Assembly (NCBI GenBank): GCA_028698995.1
Contig: JAQVVM010000017.1
Span: forward strand, 1,588-65,587
Origin: Bacteroidales bacterium
GTDB lineage: Bacteria; Bacteroidota; Bacteroidia; Bacteroidales; PXBB01
DNA: 64,000 bases
Direction of reading: 5' to 3'
The position numbers and the translations under genes are program-made. The notes under the pieces were generated by a model. It was not told where the DNA came from and searched no databases. It worked only from the letters and a program-made list of their open reading frames with translations. Positions within the stretch are counted from its first letter, which is position 1; the number at the start of each line of letters is the position of its first letter. Shown here one piece after another: positions 27,523-36,353 of this stretch.

Positions 27523-28185
27523 TTATTCCTGAACAGGCATTGGGTTTAATTCTTCAAAAGTTTTATATTCGCTGCCAATTCTGAAGATGTCATCAGAAAC
27601 AGAGTTAACTCTCATATCAATAGTTTCTACAACATTAATAATCTTTCCTTCTAAGTCAGTAGTTTTAACGGCAATAGGAAAGCCTTTCATACGTAAATCT
27701 TTAAGGGCAAGTAAAGCATGGTCAGATTTGATAAAAGATTCATAATTGTAGTAGTTAATATTAATACCCGGATCAATATAACATTCAATGATATTGTTAG
27801 ATGTTCTGATTATAAATTTCTGACAAGCAATTCCTGAAAATTCTGCATCCCCAAGTCTTTCAATTTCGAGTATATTCCTGTCAAAAGAAGCAGTGGGTTG
27901 AATATCGCTTGCAGGAGCACTTGATTTCATTTTCATACCACCGGTATGGGTTAAAATATTTAACATACCACTATTCAAATCAGGAATAAATCGGCTGCTG
28001 TAAAGGGTACCATTAAATTCGTATTCGACATCAAAAGCAAGTTTCCCATTGTTAATATACCATGTTATAATGCCATCAAAACCTTCAGCTTTAACTGTAG
28101 TTTTAATAGTAACGTTATTAATATTTTGAGCTGGCAATATGGCCGTGCTTAAAAATAGGAAGCTGATAATAAGTATTTTTTTCAT
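27523..28185 (-). CDS. Hypothetical secreted protein (possibly DUF4412/LolA-like fold)
   Basis: Signal peptide MKKILIISFLFLSTAILPAQ and a beta-rich 220-aa ORF. It lies 43 nt downstream of the Gly-rich protein gene on the same strand. Confidence 0.6.
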   Translation of the reverse strand: MKKILIISFLFLSTAILPAQNINNVTIKTTVKAEGFDGIITWYINNGKLAFDVEYEFNGTLYSSRFIPDLNSGMLNILTHTGGMKMKSSAPASDIQPTASFDRNILEIERLGDAEFSGIACQKFIIRTSNNIIECYIDPGININYYNYESFIKSDHALLALKDLRMKGFPIAVKTTDLEGKIINVVETIDMRVNSVSDDIFRIGSEYKTFEELNPMPVQE

Positions 28186-28228
28186 TTTTTCTTGGATTAA
28201 TTATTTTGATAAATTGAGTTTATTAAAA

Positions 28229-29716
28229 TTAATTGCCAACATAACCTTTAAAGTAGGTTGATTGGTAGTATGAATCCGGCATTGTAAGAGGTATGCCGAT
28301 GAGTGGGTAATTATTTCTCTTTATCATGTTGCCCGGTTGTCCACCAGGAGGAAAATTGATAGGTATATTAATGTTCATATTAATAATAGTAATAGTTCCA
28401 ATTGGCCATGGAAGAGTTACTTGTACCAATAAATGCACATAGAGGTAACCGGCACCCCCTGGTTGTCCGTAGCCACCACCATGTCCTCCGTGACCGCCGG
28501 GTGTAATTGTAGCATTTACTGGTCCGAGAGGTACCTGAATAGGATAGTTAAGGTCTCCTCCAAGTCCACCAACTCCCATAACGCCACCTGTAGCATCATG
28601 ACCGGCCTGGAATATATTAATCTGAATACCTCCGAGAAGACTTGTTCCTCCTTCACCTAAGGCAGCACCGCCACCACCACCTGCACCAACTGCAATTGCA
28701 AATGTGCCGATAATTGGAATATTGAAGGAATACCCAAGACCAACAGAGCCACCGCCGCCGCCGCCTGCATAATGATATCCAAATGTATTTGTCATCAATG
28801 ATAATCTTGTTGTCATGTTTATACAATTACCACCTGGTTCTCCAGGGTTACCAAATGTACTGAATGTTCCTCCAACAGCACCATCGCCACCACGTGCCAA
28901 CATGGCACCATGGTTAATTATCCCTACATGCGACTGGGCATCAAGGTTCCCATGAGTGAAAACGGGTATATTGGTTGCATTGCTGGTCATCTCAACACCT
29001 GGATAAACGGTTGCGACGACACATATTGGATTACCCGGACCTGGTAGGTTGGCTGCCGATTGCAAATTGTAATTCGTTGTAGGGGAAGTGATATTGACAA
29101 TATAGCAAGGTTCTATAGTCAACTGAAACAACTTGAATTTGACAATTGAACCGCATATCCCTTGAACGGCAATAGGATATACACCTGGTGTTGCAAAAAT
29201 ATTGGAATGTACAATCATATCACAACTTCCACTATAGTTAATCAATGGGTTAGTCATTGTTATTGTTACCCCTGGAGGTGTGTTTGTAAGGTAAAACAAA
29301 CCAATTGTCTGCGGTGTACCGGAAGATTGCTGTACTGTGATTGTGATAATCAGAGAGTCAACAGTGGTGCGGTTAATAGTTCCTGCGGTATCACTTAAAT
29401 AAATATCAAACAAACAATCATCACAATTTTCCTGAAATACATGCATCCAGCATTCTCCATTCCAATACTGCATGGTACTGTCCGTAGTATTAAATAACAA
29501 CAAACCAATATGTGGACCTATTATGGAATCCCTTTGTATGGTTGATAAACATGGAGGTAAAAACCCCTGTTTGGTAGCCTCAAGATGCAATATGGCTGTC
29601 TGATGCGGTGTTAATGTACCGATACCTACATTATTATCTACTTGAGCTTTGACATTAGATGTCAAAAAACTTCCGATAATTAAGATGGCTAATGTTAAAA
29701 TGATTTTGTTTCTCAT
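28229..29716 (-). CDS. Secreted glycine-rich protein (polyglycine tracts), function unknown
   Basis: Signal peptide, then an N-terminal motif VGIGTLTPHQTAILHLEATKQGFLPP...GLLLFNTTDSTMQYWNGECW. An Ig-like middle region follows, then a ~200-aa Gly-rich C-terminal part (ARGGDGAVGG, YAGGGGGGSVGLG, VGAGGGGGAALGEGG, GGHGGHGGGYGQPGGAG). There is no recognisable T9SS tail. Confidence 0.7.
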   Translation of the reverse strand: MRNKIILTLAILIIGSFLTSNVKAQVDNNVGIGTLTPHQTAILHLEATKQGFLPPCLSTIQRDSIIGPHIGLLLFNTTDSTMQYWNGECWMHVFQENCDDCLFDIYLSDTAGTINRTTVDSLIITITVQQSSGTPQTIGLFYLTNTPPGVTITMTNPLINYSGSCDMIVHSNIFATPGVYPIAVQGICGSIVKFKLFQLTIEPCYIVNITSPTTNYNLQSAANLPGPGNPICVVATVYPGVEMTSNATNIPVFTHGNLDAQSHVGIINHGAMLARGGDGAVGGTFSTFGNPGEPGGNCINMTTRLSLMTNTFGYHYAGGGGGGSVGLGYSFNIPIIGTFAIAVGAGGGGGAALGEGGTSLLGGIQINIFQAGHDATGGVMGVGGLGGDLNYPIQVPLGPVNATITPGGHGGHGGGYGQPGGAGYLYVHLLVQVTLPWPIGTITIINMNINIPINFPPGGQPGNMIKRNNYPLIGIPLTMPDSYYQSTYFKGYVGN

Positions 29717-29751
29717 GGTTTATTAATGTAATTTATTGATTTTAATATTTA

Positions 29752-30768
29752 CTATAAAAATGGTCTATTCCTAACTTCCGTGGTCAGAACATACCTGAGG
29801 GTTATCTCAATACCGCTGTTAGCATTAGTTGTATGTTTTAAAGATGAAGTATTGATGTCATAACTGAATAAAAACATGAAATCTTGATATTTAATACCAG
29901 TAAGAGCTATTATGGCATCACTGCTTCTGTAAAAAGAACCTAAAATAAATGTGGCATCATTAGTAGCTTTAAAATTGGCTGTAGTTCCTGCATTGTATTG
30001 TGTATTTGGTCCTTGGTTAAATATTATAAACATAGGTTGCAAAGCAAATTTTGTCGAGGTTTGAAATTCGGCACCTGCATGAAAAAGGAATTTTCTTGGT
30101 AATTTGCTGTTTGAAGTTCCGTAAAATGACAAATTTGGCTTAGCTAGGTGGGAAATAGATATACCTGCGTAAGGAAGAATCCTTACCCTGTCGGCTCTTG
30201 AAAAACTTCGGTTGCTGCCAACATACCATAAAGCACCAAAATTAAAATCAGGAAGAATTTTGGAAGTATTTGTGAAGTTCTCTCCACTTGGTAAAGAAGC
30301 ATCAAATCCTACATCTTCAACATATTGATTGTCTGTTGTCAGCTTATCAGGCATAAATCCTATCTGTTTAATACCTGCCTGAATTCCAAAATTCAGATAT
30401 TGTGCGCCTTTACTTCCTCTTTGTCTGGTAAGTTGTGCTTGATAACCGAATGAAGCCATAATGTCAAGGTTTTTCATTGCACCTGTAGTTGCAGCATTAT
30501 TTTGAACCATCACACCAATGCCAATATTTTTTGAGGAAATAGGTTTATCAATAGCAAGGGATGTGGTTGTAAAACCCTTTGGTAAAATACCTGCCCACTG
30601 GTTTTTGTAATTGGCATGAATTCTTAAATCGCGGTTCTGGAAATATCCTGTGGCAGCAGGATTAATAGATATAGCACTGGATGCAAAGGGTGAAACGTGT
30701 GGATCTTGCGCCGATATTATCAGTGAGCTAATCAGTAAAATGCCAAGTATGTAAATTTTTGTTTTCAT
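29752..30768 (-). CDS. PorP/SprF-family T9SS membrane protein (start moved to the internal ATG at 30768)
   Basis: From the internal Met the protein reads MKTKIYILGILLISSLIISAQDPHVSPFASSAISINPAATGYF, the canonical PorP/SprF N-terminus, and the C-terminus reads ...GIEITLRYV. The track ORF start (30843) would overlap the upstream gene by 73 nt. With the start at 30768, the upstream stop (30771-30773) is 2 nt away. Confidence 0.85.
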   Translation of the reverse strand: MKTKIYILGILLISSLIISAQDPHVSPFASSAISINPAATGYFQNRDLRIHANYKNQWAGILPKGFTTTSLAIDKPISSKNIGIGVMVQNNAATTGAMKNLDIMASFGYQAQLTRQRGSKGAQYLNFGIQAGIKQIGFMPDKLTTDNQYVEDVGFDASLPSGENFTNTSKILPDFNFGALWYVGSNRSFSRADRVRILPYAGISISHLAKPNLSFYGTSNSKLPRKFLFHAGAEFQTSTKFALQPMFIIFNQGPNTQYNAGTTANFKATNDATFILGSFYRSSDAIIALTGIKYQDFMFLFSYDINTSSLKHTTNANSGIEITLRYVLTTEVRNRPFL

Positions 30769-30770
30769 AT

Positions 30771-32471
30771 TTATTTGGCTATAGTAACAACCCCTTGTTC
30801 CTGAATAATTTTGCCTCTCCTTGTTAAACCAGTAACAACCCATAAATAATTACCATCCGGATGCATTACTCCTCCTGAAGAACCAGCCCATCCCAAATTT
30901 TGATTTGTTGTTTGGAACAATTCAATTCCCAATTGGTTGTAAACAGCAAAATTAAAATTTTCAATTTTTTCACCACGTACATAAAGTACATCATTTACGC
31001 CATCACCATTAGGTGTAAATAGGGAAGGTACATAAATATCTGGACCTACAACGTCAATGTAATCTTTTCTAATTAAAGTGTCCTTACAACCATCAGGGCT
31101 GGTAACAATCAGAGTGACGCTGTAGAAGCCGTCAACATAATAATACTGAATAGGGTTTTGGTCGGTGGATGTGCTGCCTTCACCAAATTCCCATTCCCAG
31201 TACGATGCATTGGTAGAAAGATCATGAAATTCGGCATAATGTTGCACTTGAATTTCTGTTTCAACTGCATAAAAATCTGCAAGAGGTTTTGGAAAAACAG
31301 TTAATGTTACAACATCAGACATTTGGAAACCGGCATCATTTGATACAATACATCTGTACAAACAGCCATTCATCGAATATGCAGGTTTTCTAATAGTTAA
31401 ATAGTTTGTTTGACTGCCACTGTAGGTAATGTCATCAATAATATCTGACCAAGTTCCTCCACAATTGACCTGCCATTGATAATAAACTTGAAGCATAGAA
31501 ACAGCATCAATAGTGAAATATGCATCTACACCTTCACAAACTTCAGCCGGAAGTGGCTTAAGAGTAATAGTTGGTACAGGCATACTTCTGATCATGAAAG
31601 CTGCATTTGGTGGATTAAAACCTGTTAATCCATTAACTTTGTAGTACCAGTCAGTTTCAGGTTGGTTGATAATGCCACCAGGATTTCCACTTTGTGGGTG
31701 CCAAACGCCATAAAGATTTCGCCACATCAATGCCCATGAATTATTAAAAGCGGGTTGTTCGTCCCATGTATTCCATCCAAGGCTTAATGAAGCACTGGTA
31801 CCTCCCGGATTACTTTCATGAATGTAGAAAGTGCTGTAAACAGTAGTTGTATCTGCTCCTGTAGTAGGATGAATGCCTGTTTTTACTCTTACGGCAAAGG
31901 TATCTGTATTGCCGATGTAATTCAGGATTACAGGTTTATACGTATTAAGTGTATCGCTGACAGGGAAAAGATAATCTGTGCCAACAGGAACCATCTTTTT
32001 TACAAGAAAACCTTCGCCTATAGTTACAATATGTTTCGCTGGAGATGGATGATAAATGTGACCTGTAAAAGTTAGTGTGATATTGCTGTCGGCTAAAATA
32101 ATTTTGTTCTGAATGAATTTGAGACTGTCGTTTATCTGTGTGGGGCCTGTAAAATCCTTATTGTTTGTACCTGATATAAATAAGTGCCAGAAAGGTATTA
32201 ATTCTGTGCCGCCAACTTCTTGAGTATCTCCTTCCAATTTTACATAACTATCAGGACCAGATTCAAAAACGGTATGGTTAATAAAATCATTCATCATGAT
32301 GATAAGTCCATTGTTGTTAAAATAGCCTGAATCGTTCAAAACACTACCTTTTATATACATTTCTGCATTTTTGCACACTTTTATTTTACCACCGTTGTTA
32401 AAAAACTGTGCGTTTAGTGTGAAATGAAGGCTTATGAATAGAAATATTTGTAATAGTATAAGTTTTCTCAT
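30771..32471 (-). CDS. T9SS type-B (CHU_C / gliding-motility C-terminal domain) cargo protein with Ig-like and PKD domains
   Basis: Signal peptide. Ig-like module (VCEGVDAYFTIDA...YYQWQV...YRCIVSNDAG) and PKD-like module (FHDLSTNASYWEWEFGEGSTS...YSVTLIVTSPDGC). The C-terminal type-B tail reads YVPSLFTPNGDGVNDVLYVRGEKIENFNFAVYNQLG...GWAG... Confidence 0.85.
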   Translation of the reverse strand: MRKLILLQIFLFISLHFTLNAQFFNNGGKIKVCKNAEMYIKGSVLNDSGYFNNNGLIIMMNDFINHTVFESGPDSYVKLEGDTQEVGGTELIPFWHLFISGTNNKDFTGPTQINDSLKFIQNKIILADSNITLTFTGHIYHPSPAKHIVTIGEGFLVKKMVPVGTDYLFPVSDTLNTYKPVILNYIGNTDTFAVRVKTGIHPTTGADTTTVYSTFYIHESNPGGTSASLSLGWNTWDEQPAFNNSWALMWRNLYGVWHPQSGNPGGIINQPETDWYYKVNGLTGFNPPNAAFMIRSMPVPTITLKPLPAEVCEGVDAYFTIDAVSMLQVYYQWQVNCGGTWSDIIDDITYSGSQTNYLTIRKPAYSMNGCLYRCIVSNDAGFQMSDVVTLTVFPKPLADFYAVETEIQVQHYAEFHDLSTNASYWEWEFGEGSTSTDQNPIQYYYVDGFYSVTLIVTSPDGCKDTLIRKDYIDVVGPDIYVPSLFTPNGDGVNDVLYVRGEKIENFNFAVYNQLGIELFQTTNQNLGWAGSSGGVMHPDGNYLWVVTGLTRRGKIIQEQGVVTIAK

Positions 32472-32766
32472 TATTTAAATTTTAAATAATAAACAGCTTG
32501 ATAAACAGACATATTAAATATATTAATCGATAAAATAAAAAATATGAATTTATTTTATAAATGCATATCTTGTTTCGATTAATATAGGTTTAAATGTGAT
32601 TATAATCTTTTTATCAAAAGCCAAATTTATAACATTTTTTTAAAAAAATGCAAATAAAATAAATTTATTTTTATTTTTAATAAATATTTAAAAATGAGAT
32701 TGTTTAAAATTAATTTAAAGGAGTGATATACAGTAATTTGCAACAAATTGTTGTTCTTAATTTCTG

Positions 32767-33099
32767 TTAAAAACTTTTAATCATTGTCAGTACCATTTTA
32801 AACTTCTCAACAGCATTCACAGCATGTGGAATATCAGCAGGCATGATAATGGTATCACCTTGTTTAAGAATGAATGCTTCTTTATTGATAATAACTTCGG
32901 CAATTCCCTCAATTACCTGAACCATAGCATCGAAAGGAGCTGTGTGTTCACTTAAGTTTTGACCTTGGGCAAATGAGAATAAGGTCACATTTCCTGTTTC
33001 TTTTTTTAGAATAATTTTGCTGACTATAGAGCCATTAGCGTATTCAACTTCTTTATTAAAAGTAAATACTTTCCCTTTTTCAAATTCGTTGTTTGTCAT
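32767..33099 (-). CDS. Cupin-domain protein
   Basis: 110 aa with the cupin motif pattern (LFSFAQGQNLSEHTAPFDAMVQVIEG...GDTIIMPADIPHAV). Confidence 0.75.
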   Translation of the reverse strand: MTNNEFEKGKVFTFNKEVEYANGSIVSKIILKKETGNVTLFSFAQGQNLSEHTAPFDAMVQVIEGIAEVIINKEAFILKQGDTIIMPADIPHAVNAVEKFKMVLTMIKSF

Positions 33100-33135
33100 T
33101 TTTTATATTTTTTTTATTTATAATATTAAATTTTG

Positions 33136-33171
33136 AAACAGAGGTGAAGAAGTTCTTCTTCACCTCTGTTT
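33136..33171 (-). terminator. Hairpin between hcp and the cupin gene (possible terminator/attenuator)
   Basis: A ~15-17 bp perfect inverted repeat (aaacagaggtgaagaag / cttcttcacctctgttt) lies 18 nt downstream of the hcp stop. The U-tract on the minus strand is weak (CAAAAUUUAAUAUUA). Confidence 0.45.
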
Positions 33172-33188
33172 TCAGCTCTGCAGTAATC

Positions 33189-34841
33189 TTAATTCAAAAA
33201 TATTTTCATATCCTCATCTACGCTTCCAATAGGTGCAATACCAAATTTTTCAACAAGGACTTTTGCAACATTAGGAGATAAGAAAGCTGGAAGGGTAGGG
33301 CCGAGGTGAATATTTTTTACACCAAGAGAGAGTAATGCCAGTAATACAATAACGGCTTTTTGTTCATACCAGGCAATATTGTATGCAATTGGCAAATCGT
33401 TAACATCGTTCAGTTCAAATACTTCTTTAAGTTTAAGGGCAATTACGGCCAGAGAATAGGAGTCGTTACACTGTCCTGCATCTAAAACGCGCGGGATGCC
33501 ACCTATATCACCAAGTTGTAATTTGTTATAACGGTATTTTGCACAACCTGCAGTAAGAATGACAGTATCTTTTGGAAGTTTTTCGGCAAATTCGGTATAG
33601 TAATCTCGTGTTTTCATTCTGCCATCACATCCGGCCATAACAAAGAATTTTCTAATTGCACCCGACTTAACTGCATCCACCACTTTATCTGCCAATGCAA
33701 TAACCTGATTATGTGCAAATCCGCCTATAATTTCACCCTTTTCAATTTCTGTAGGTGGTGCACATTTTTTTGCGTGTTCGATGATCATGCTGAAATCCTT
33801 TTTACCATGAGCATTTGCTGTTATATGAGTCGCACCGTCTAAACCGGAAGCACCTGTTGTGTATATTTTATCCTTGTAAACAGCATTGGCAGGTGGCGGA
33901 ACAATACAGTTGGTTGTAAAAAGTATGGGTCCGTTGAATGTAGCAAATTCTTCTCTTTGTTTCCACCAAGCATTTCCGTAGTTGCCTACAAAATGTTTGT
34001 ATTTTTTAAAAGCAGGGTAATAATGTGCAGGTAACATTTCGCTGTGGGTGTAAATATCAACACCGCTGTTTTCTGTTTGTTTAAGAAGCTCTTCCATGTC
34101 TTTCAAATCATGGCCGCTAATAAGAATACCAGGATTGCCTTTTACACCGATATTGACTTTAGAAATTTCAGGGTTTCCATAAGTCGAAGTGTTTGCCTTG
34201 TCTAAAAGAGCCATGACACTTACACCTTTAGAACCGCATTCTAAAACCAGTGCAACAAGTTCTTCTGCCGTAAGATTGTTATTTGTTGTTGCAGCCAATC
34301 CCTCCTGCATAAATTTAAACAAATTATTATCAGTATAGCCAAGATTGAATGCATGTTCTGCATATGCAGCCATTCCCTTAATCCCGTAAACCAAAAGCTC
34401 CCTTAATGACCTAATGTCTTCGTTATTTGTACTTAAAACACCTACTGAAGGAGCCATAAGTTCATATTCCTTTGTTGACATTGGATTCCACAAAGCAGAA
34501 TGGTGAAGCTTACTTTTGTCAATTTTAATACCTGCTTTATCAAGATCAACCTCTATGTCCTGACGTAATTTAATTCCTTCAGAAATTTTTTCAACAAAAC
34601 GTGCCTTGTCGAAATTGGCATTTGTAATTGTCATAAACAAGCCGTCAAATACGAACTTGTTAACAACATCATTTTCCTTACCATGTTTTCGAGCTTCTAT
34701 CGCATAAATGGAAAGCCCTTTAAGAACATAAATTAATACATCTTGCATTTGTGCTAAATCTTCTTTCTTGCCGCAAACACCGGCGATGGTGCATCCTACA
34801 CCTTTTGCAGTTTCCTGACATTGAAAACAAAACATACTCAT
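33189..34841 (-). CDS. hcp: Hybrid-cluster protein / hydroxylamine (NO) reductase Hcp
   Basis: N-terminal Cys motif [23 protein letters not shown]. Length is 550 aa, with conserved blocks [20 protein letters not shown] and AGCDG. Confidence 0.92.
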   Translation of the reverse strand: MSMFCFQCQETAKGVGCTIAGVCGKKEDLAQMQDVLIYVLKGLSIYAIEARKHGKENDVVNKFVFDGLFMTITNANFDKARFVEKISEGIKLRQDIEVDLDKAGIKIDKSKLHHSALWNPMSTKEYELMAPSVGVLSTNNEDIRSLRELLVYGIKGMAAYAEHAFNLGYTDNNLFKFMQEGLAATTNNNLTAEELVALVLECGSKGVSVMALLDKANTSTYGNPEISKVNIGVKGNPGILISGHDLKDMEELLKQTENSGVDIYTHSEMLPAHYYPAFKKYKHFVGNYGNAWWKQREEFATFNGPILFTTNCIVPPPANAVYKDKIYTTGASGLDGATHITANAHGKKDFSMIIEHAKKCAPPTEIEKGEIIGGFAHNQVIALADKVVDAVKSGAIRKFFVMAGCDGRMKTRDYYTEFAEKLPKDTVILTAGCAKYRYNKLQLGDIGGIPRVLDAGQCNDSYSLAVIALKLKEVFELNDVNDLPIAYNIAWYEQKAVIVLLALLSLGVKNIHLGPTLPAFLSPNVAKVLVEKFGIAPIGSVDEDMKIFLN

Positions 34842-34896
34842 AATTTTAATTTTTTTAGTTAGTAATTTTTTAGTTATTATTTATTTTGAAACTTTT

Positions 34897-35766
34897 TTAC
34901 ATCCATTTTTCTTCAATCACGCTTCCATCTAATGCTATTTCAATCAATTTTACAGGCACTTTGCGTGAGGCTTTTTCAGAAGCCATTTTAGCCATCTGGG
35001 CCAAACCACCGCAACATGGAACTTCCATAATCATAACTGAAAGGGTGTTAATTTTTGAGTTTTCAATCATTGATACTAATTTTTCAAGATAAATCTCTTT
35101 ATTTGAATCAAGTTTTGGACATGCAATTGCTAAACTTTTTCCTTTTAGATAGTCCGTATGAAAGTTCCCCATGGCAAAGGCCACACAATCAGCAGCTAAT
35201 AATACATCAGCATTTTGGAAATAGGATGCAGACGGATTAATTAAGTGTAATTGCACAGGCCATTGTCTGAGCTCGGAAGATTGTTTAATATTTGAAGTCA
35301 TCTCCTCACTTTGGTTTGTAATCGGTTTTAGTTCCCGTGACATACTTCCGGGACATCCTGAAAAATGCTTATGTTCATTATTCATATTTTCTTGTTTTTT
35401 TGATTTTAATTTTGATTTATTTATGTTGATATTTTTCTCTTCAAGCCATTTTAAACCCTCATTATAAAATACCATCTCATTATGGTCAAAAAGATGATTT
35501 AGGTGGGCTATGATTGTACTTTCACCATTTGGGGTAATTCTTTCCATGACAGCAGCTTCATTATAGGGTTCAGCTTCTCGCTCAATTAATTCTATGGCTC
35601 CAACCGGGCATTCACCTATACAGGCACCCAATCCGTCGCAAAACAAGTCGCTTATCATACGTGCTTTATCATCAATAATCTGCAGGGCGCCCTCATGACA
35701 ACCTGATACGCACAAACCGCAGCCATTGCATAAGTCTTCATTTATTTTTATTATTGTTCTTTTCAT
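34897..35766 (-). CDS. 4Fe-4S dicluster ferredoxin-domain protein with Cys-rich C-terminal domain (hcp-associated)
   Basis: Two ferredoxin-type Cys clusters are present (CNGCGLCVSGC, CDGLGACIGECP). The C-terminal domain carries LLAADCVAFA...IACPKLD...MEVPCCGG. Confidence 0.8.
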   Translation of the reverse strand: MKRTIIKINEDLCNGCGLCVSGCHEGALQIIDDKARMISDLFCDGLGACIGECPVGAIELIEREAEPYNEAAVMERITPNGESTIIAHLNHLFDHNEMVFYNEGLKWLEEKNININKSKLKSKKQENMNNEHKHFSGCPGSMSRELKPITNQSEEMTSNIKQSSELRQWPVQLHLINPSASYFQNADVLLAADCVAFAMGNFHTDYLKGKSLAIACPKLDSNKEIYLEKLVSMIENSKINTLSVMIMEVPCCGGLAQMAKMASEKASRKVPVKLIEIALDGSVIEEKWM

Positions 35767-35778
35767 TTTTATATTGTT

Positions 35779-36180
35779 TTAGTGAATTACATGAGCGATA
35801 GTATGGTTGTTCATATGGTTGTAAAATTCATTTGTGAATTTACCTGTAAGTCCCCCAAAAACGCAAGATTTAAAAGGACATTTTCCAGAATGCAATGAAC
35901 AATGTGTTTGCTGTAGCTTTCCTTCAAAAAGTTCGTAAATTTCAAGTAAAAAAATTTCTTCTGCTTTTGCTTTCAAAACAAAACCACCTTTTGGACCTCT
36001 TGTAGAATTTATATATCCATTTTTTACAAGTATTTGAAGAACTTTTGAAAGATGATTTTTCGAAAATCCTGTGATTTTTGCAATGTCAATTGTGCTGATC
36101 ATTTCGTTAGACTGTGCTATAAGAGCAAGACTATGAATGGCTAATGAAGCGGCTTCAGATATGTTTACAATTTTCGACAT
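35779..36180 (-). CDS. Rrf2-family transcriptional regulator with three clustered Cys (putative Fe-S sensor)
   Basis: The winged-helix N-terminus (ISTIDIAKITGFSKNHLSKVLQILVKNGYINSTRGPKGGFVL) is typical of Rrf2 proteins. The C-terminal Cys triad reads THCSLHSGKCPFKSC (C-x6-C-x4-C). Confidence 0.85.
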   Translation of the reverse strand: MSKIVNISEAASLAIHSLALIAQSNEMISTIDIAKITGFSKNHLSKVLQILVKNGYINSTRGPKGGFVLKAKAEEIFLLEIYELFEGKLQQTHCSLHSGKCPFKSCVFGGLTGKFTNEFYNHMNNHTIAHVIH

Positions 36181-36199
36181 TTGTATATTGTGTTATTTT

Positions 36200-36239
36200 G
36201 GTATTGCAATGCAAAAATATAAAAAGGTATTGTAATACC
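36200..36239 (-). promoter_or_regulatory. Candidate promoter plus operator of the Rrf2-hcp operon
   Basis: A direct repeat GGTATTG(C/T)AAT occurs at 36200-36210 and 36226-36236. The second copy is part of the palindrome GGTATT-GT-AATACC. Between the copies, the reverse complement of 36212-36219 is TATTTTTG, which matches the -7 box TAnnTTTG. The site lies 20-60 nt upstream of the regulator ATG (36180). Confidence 0.35.
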
Positions 36240-36353
36240 ACAATTATTTTTAATAAAATTTGTTAATTTTTATTAAGTTATTGAAAATGAGAAGAATATT
36301 TTTTGATTATGGTTAATTATCTTAAGTAGGGGAGTAAAAAATTTTAAAAATAT

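Noticed and set aside
30769-30843. N-terminal 25-aa extension of the PorP/SprF ORF (MGCYWFNKERQ...)
   Set aside because: It would overlap the upstream cargo gene by 73 nt. The internal ATG at 30768 gives a canonical signal peptide followed by the QDPHVSPF... start.
33093-33281. 62-aa plus-strand ORF spanning the cupin-hcp spacer
   Set aside because: It overlaps the cupin start, the intergenic hairpin and the 3' end of hcp on the opposite strand. The peptide is hydrophobic and low complexity, and nothing supports it.
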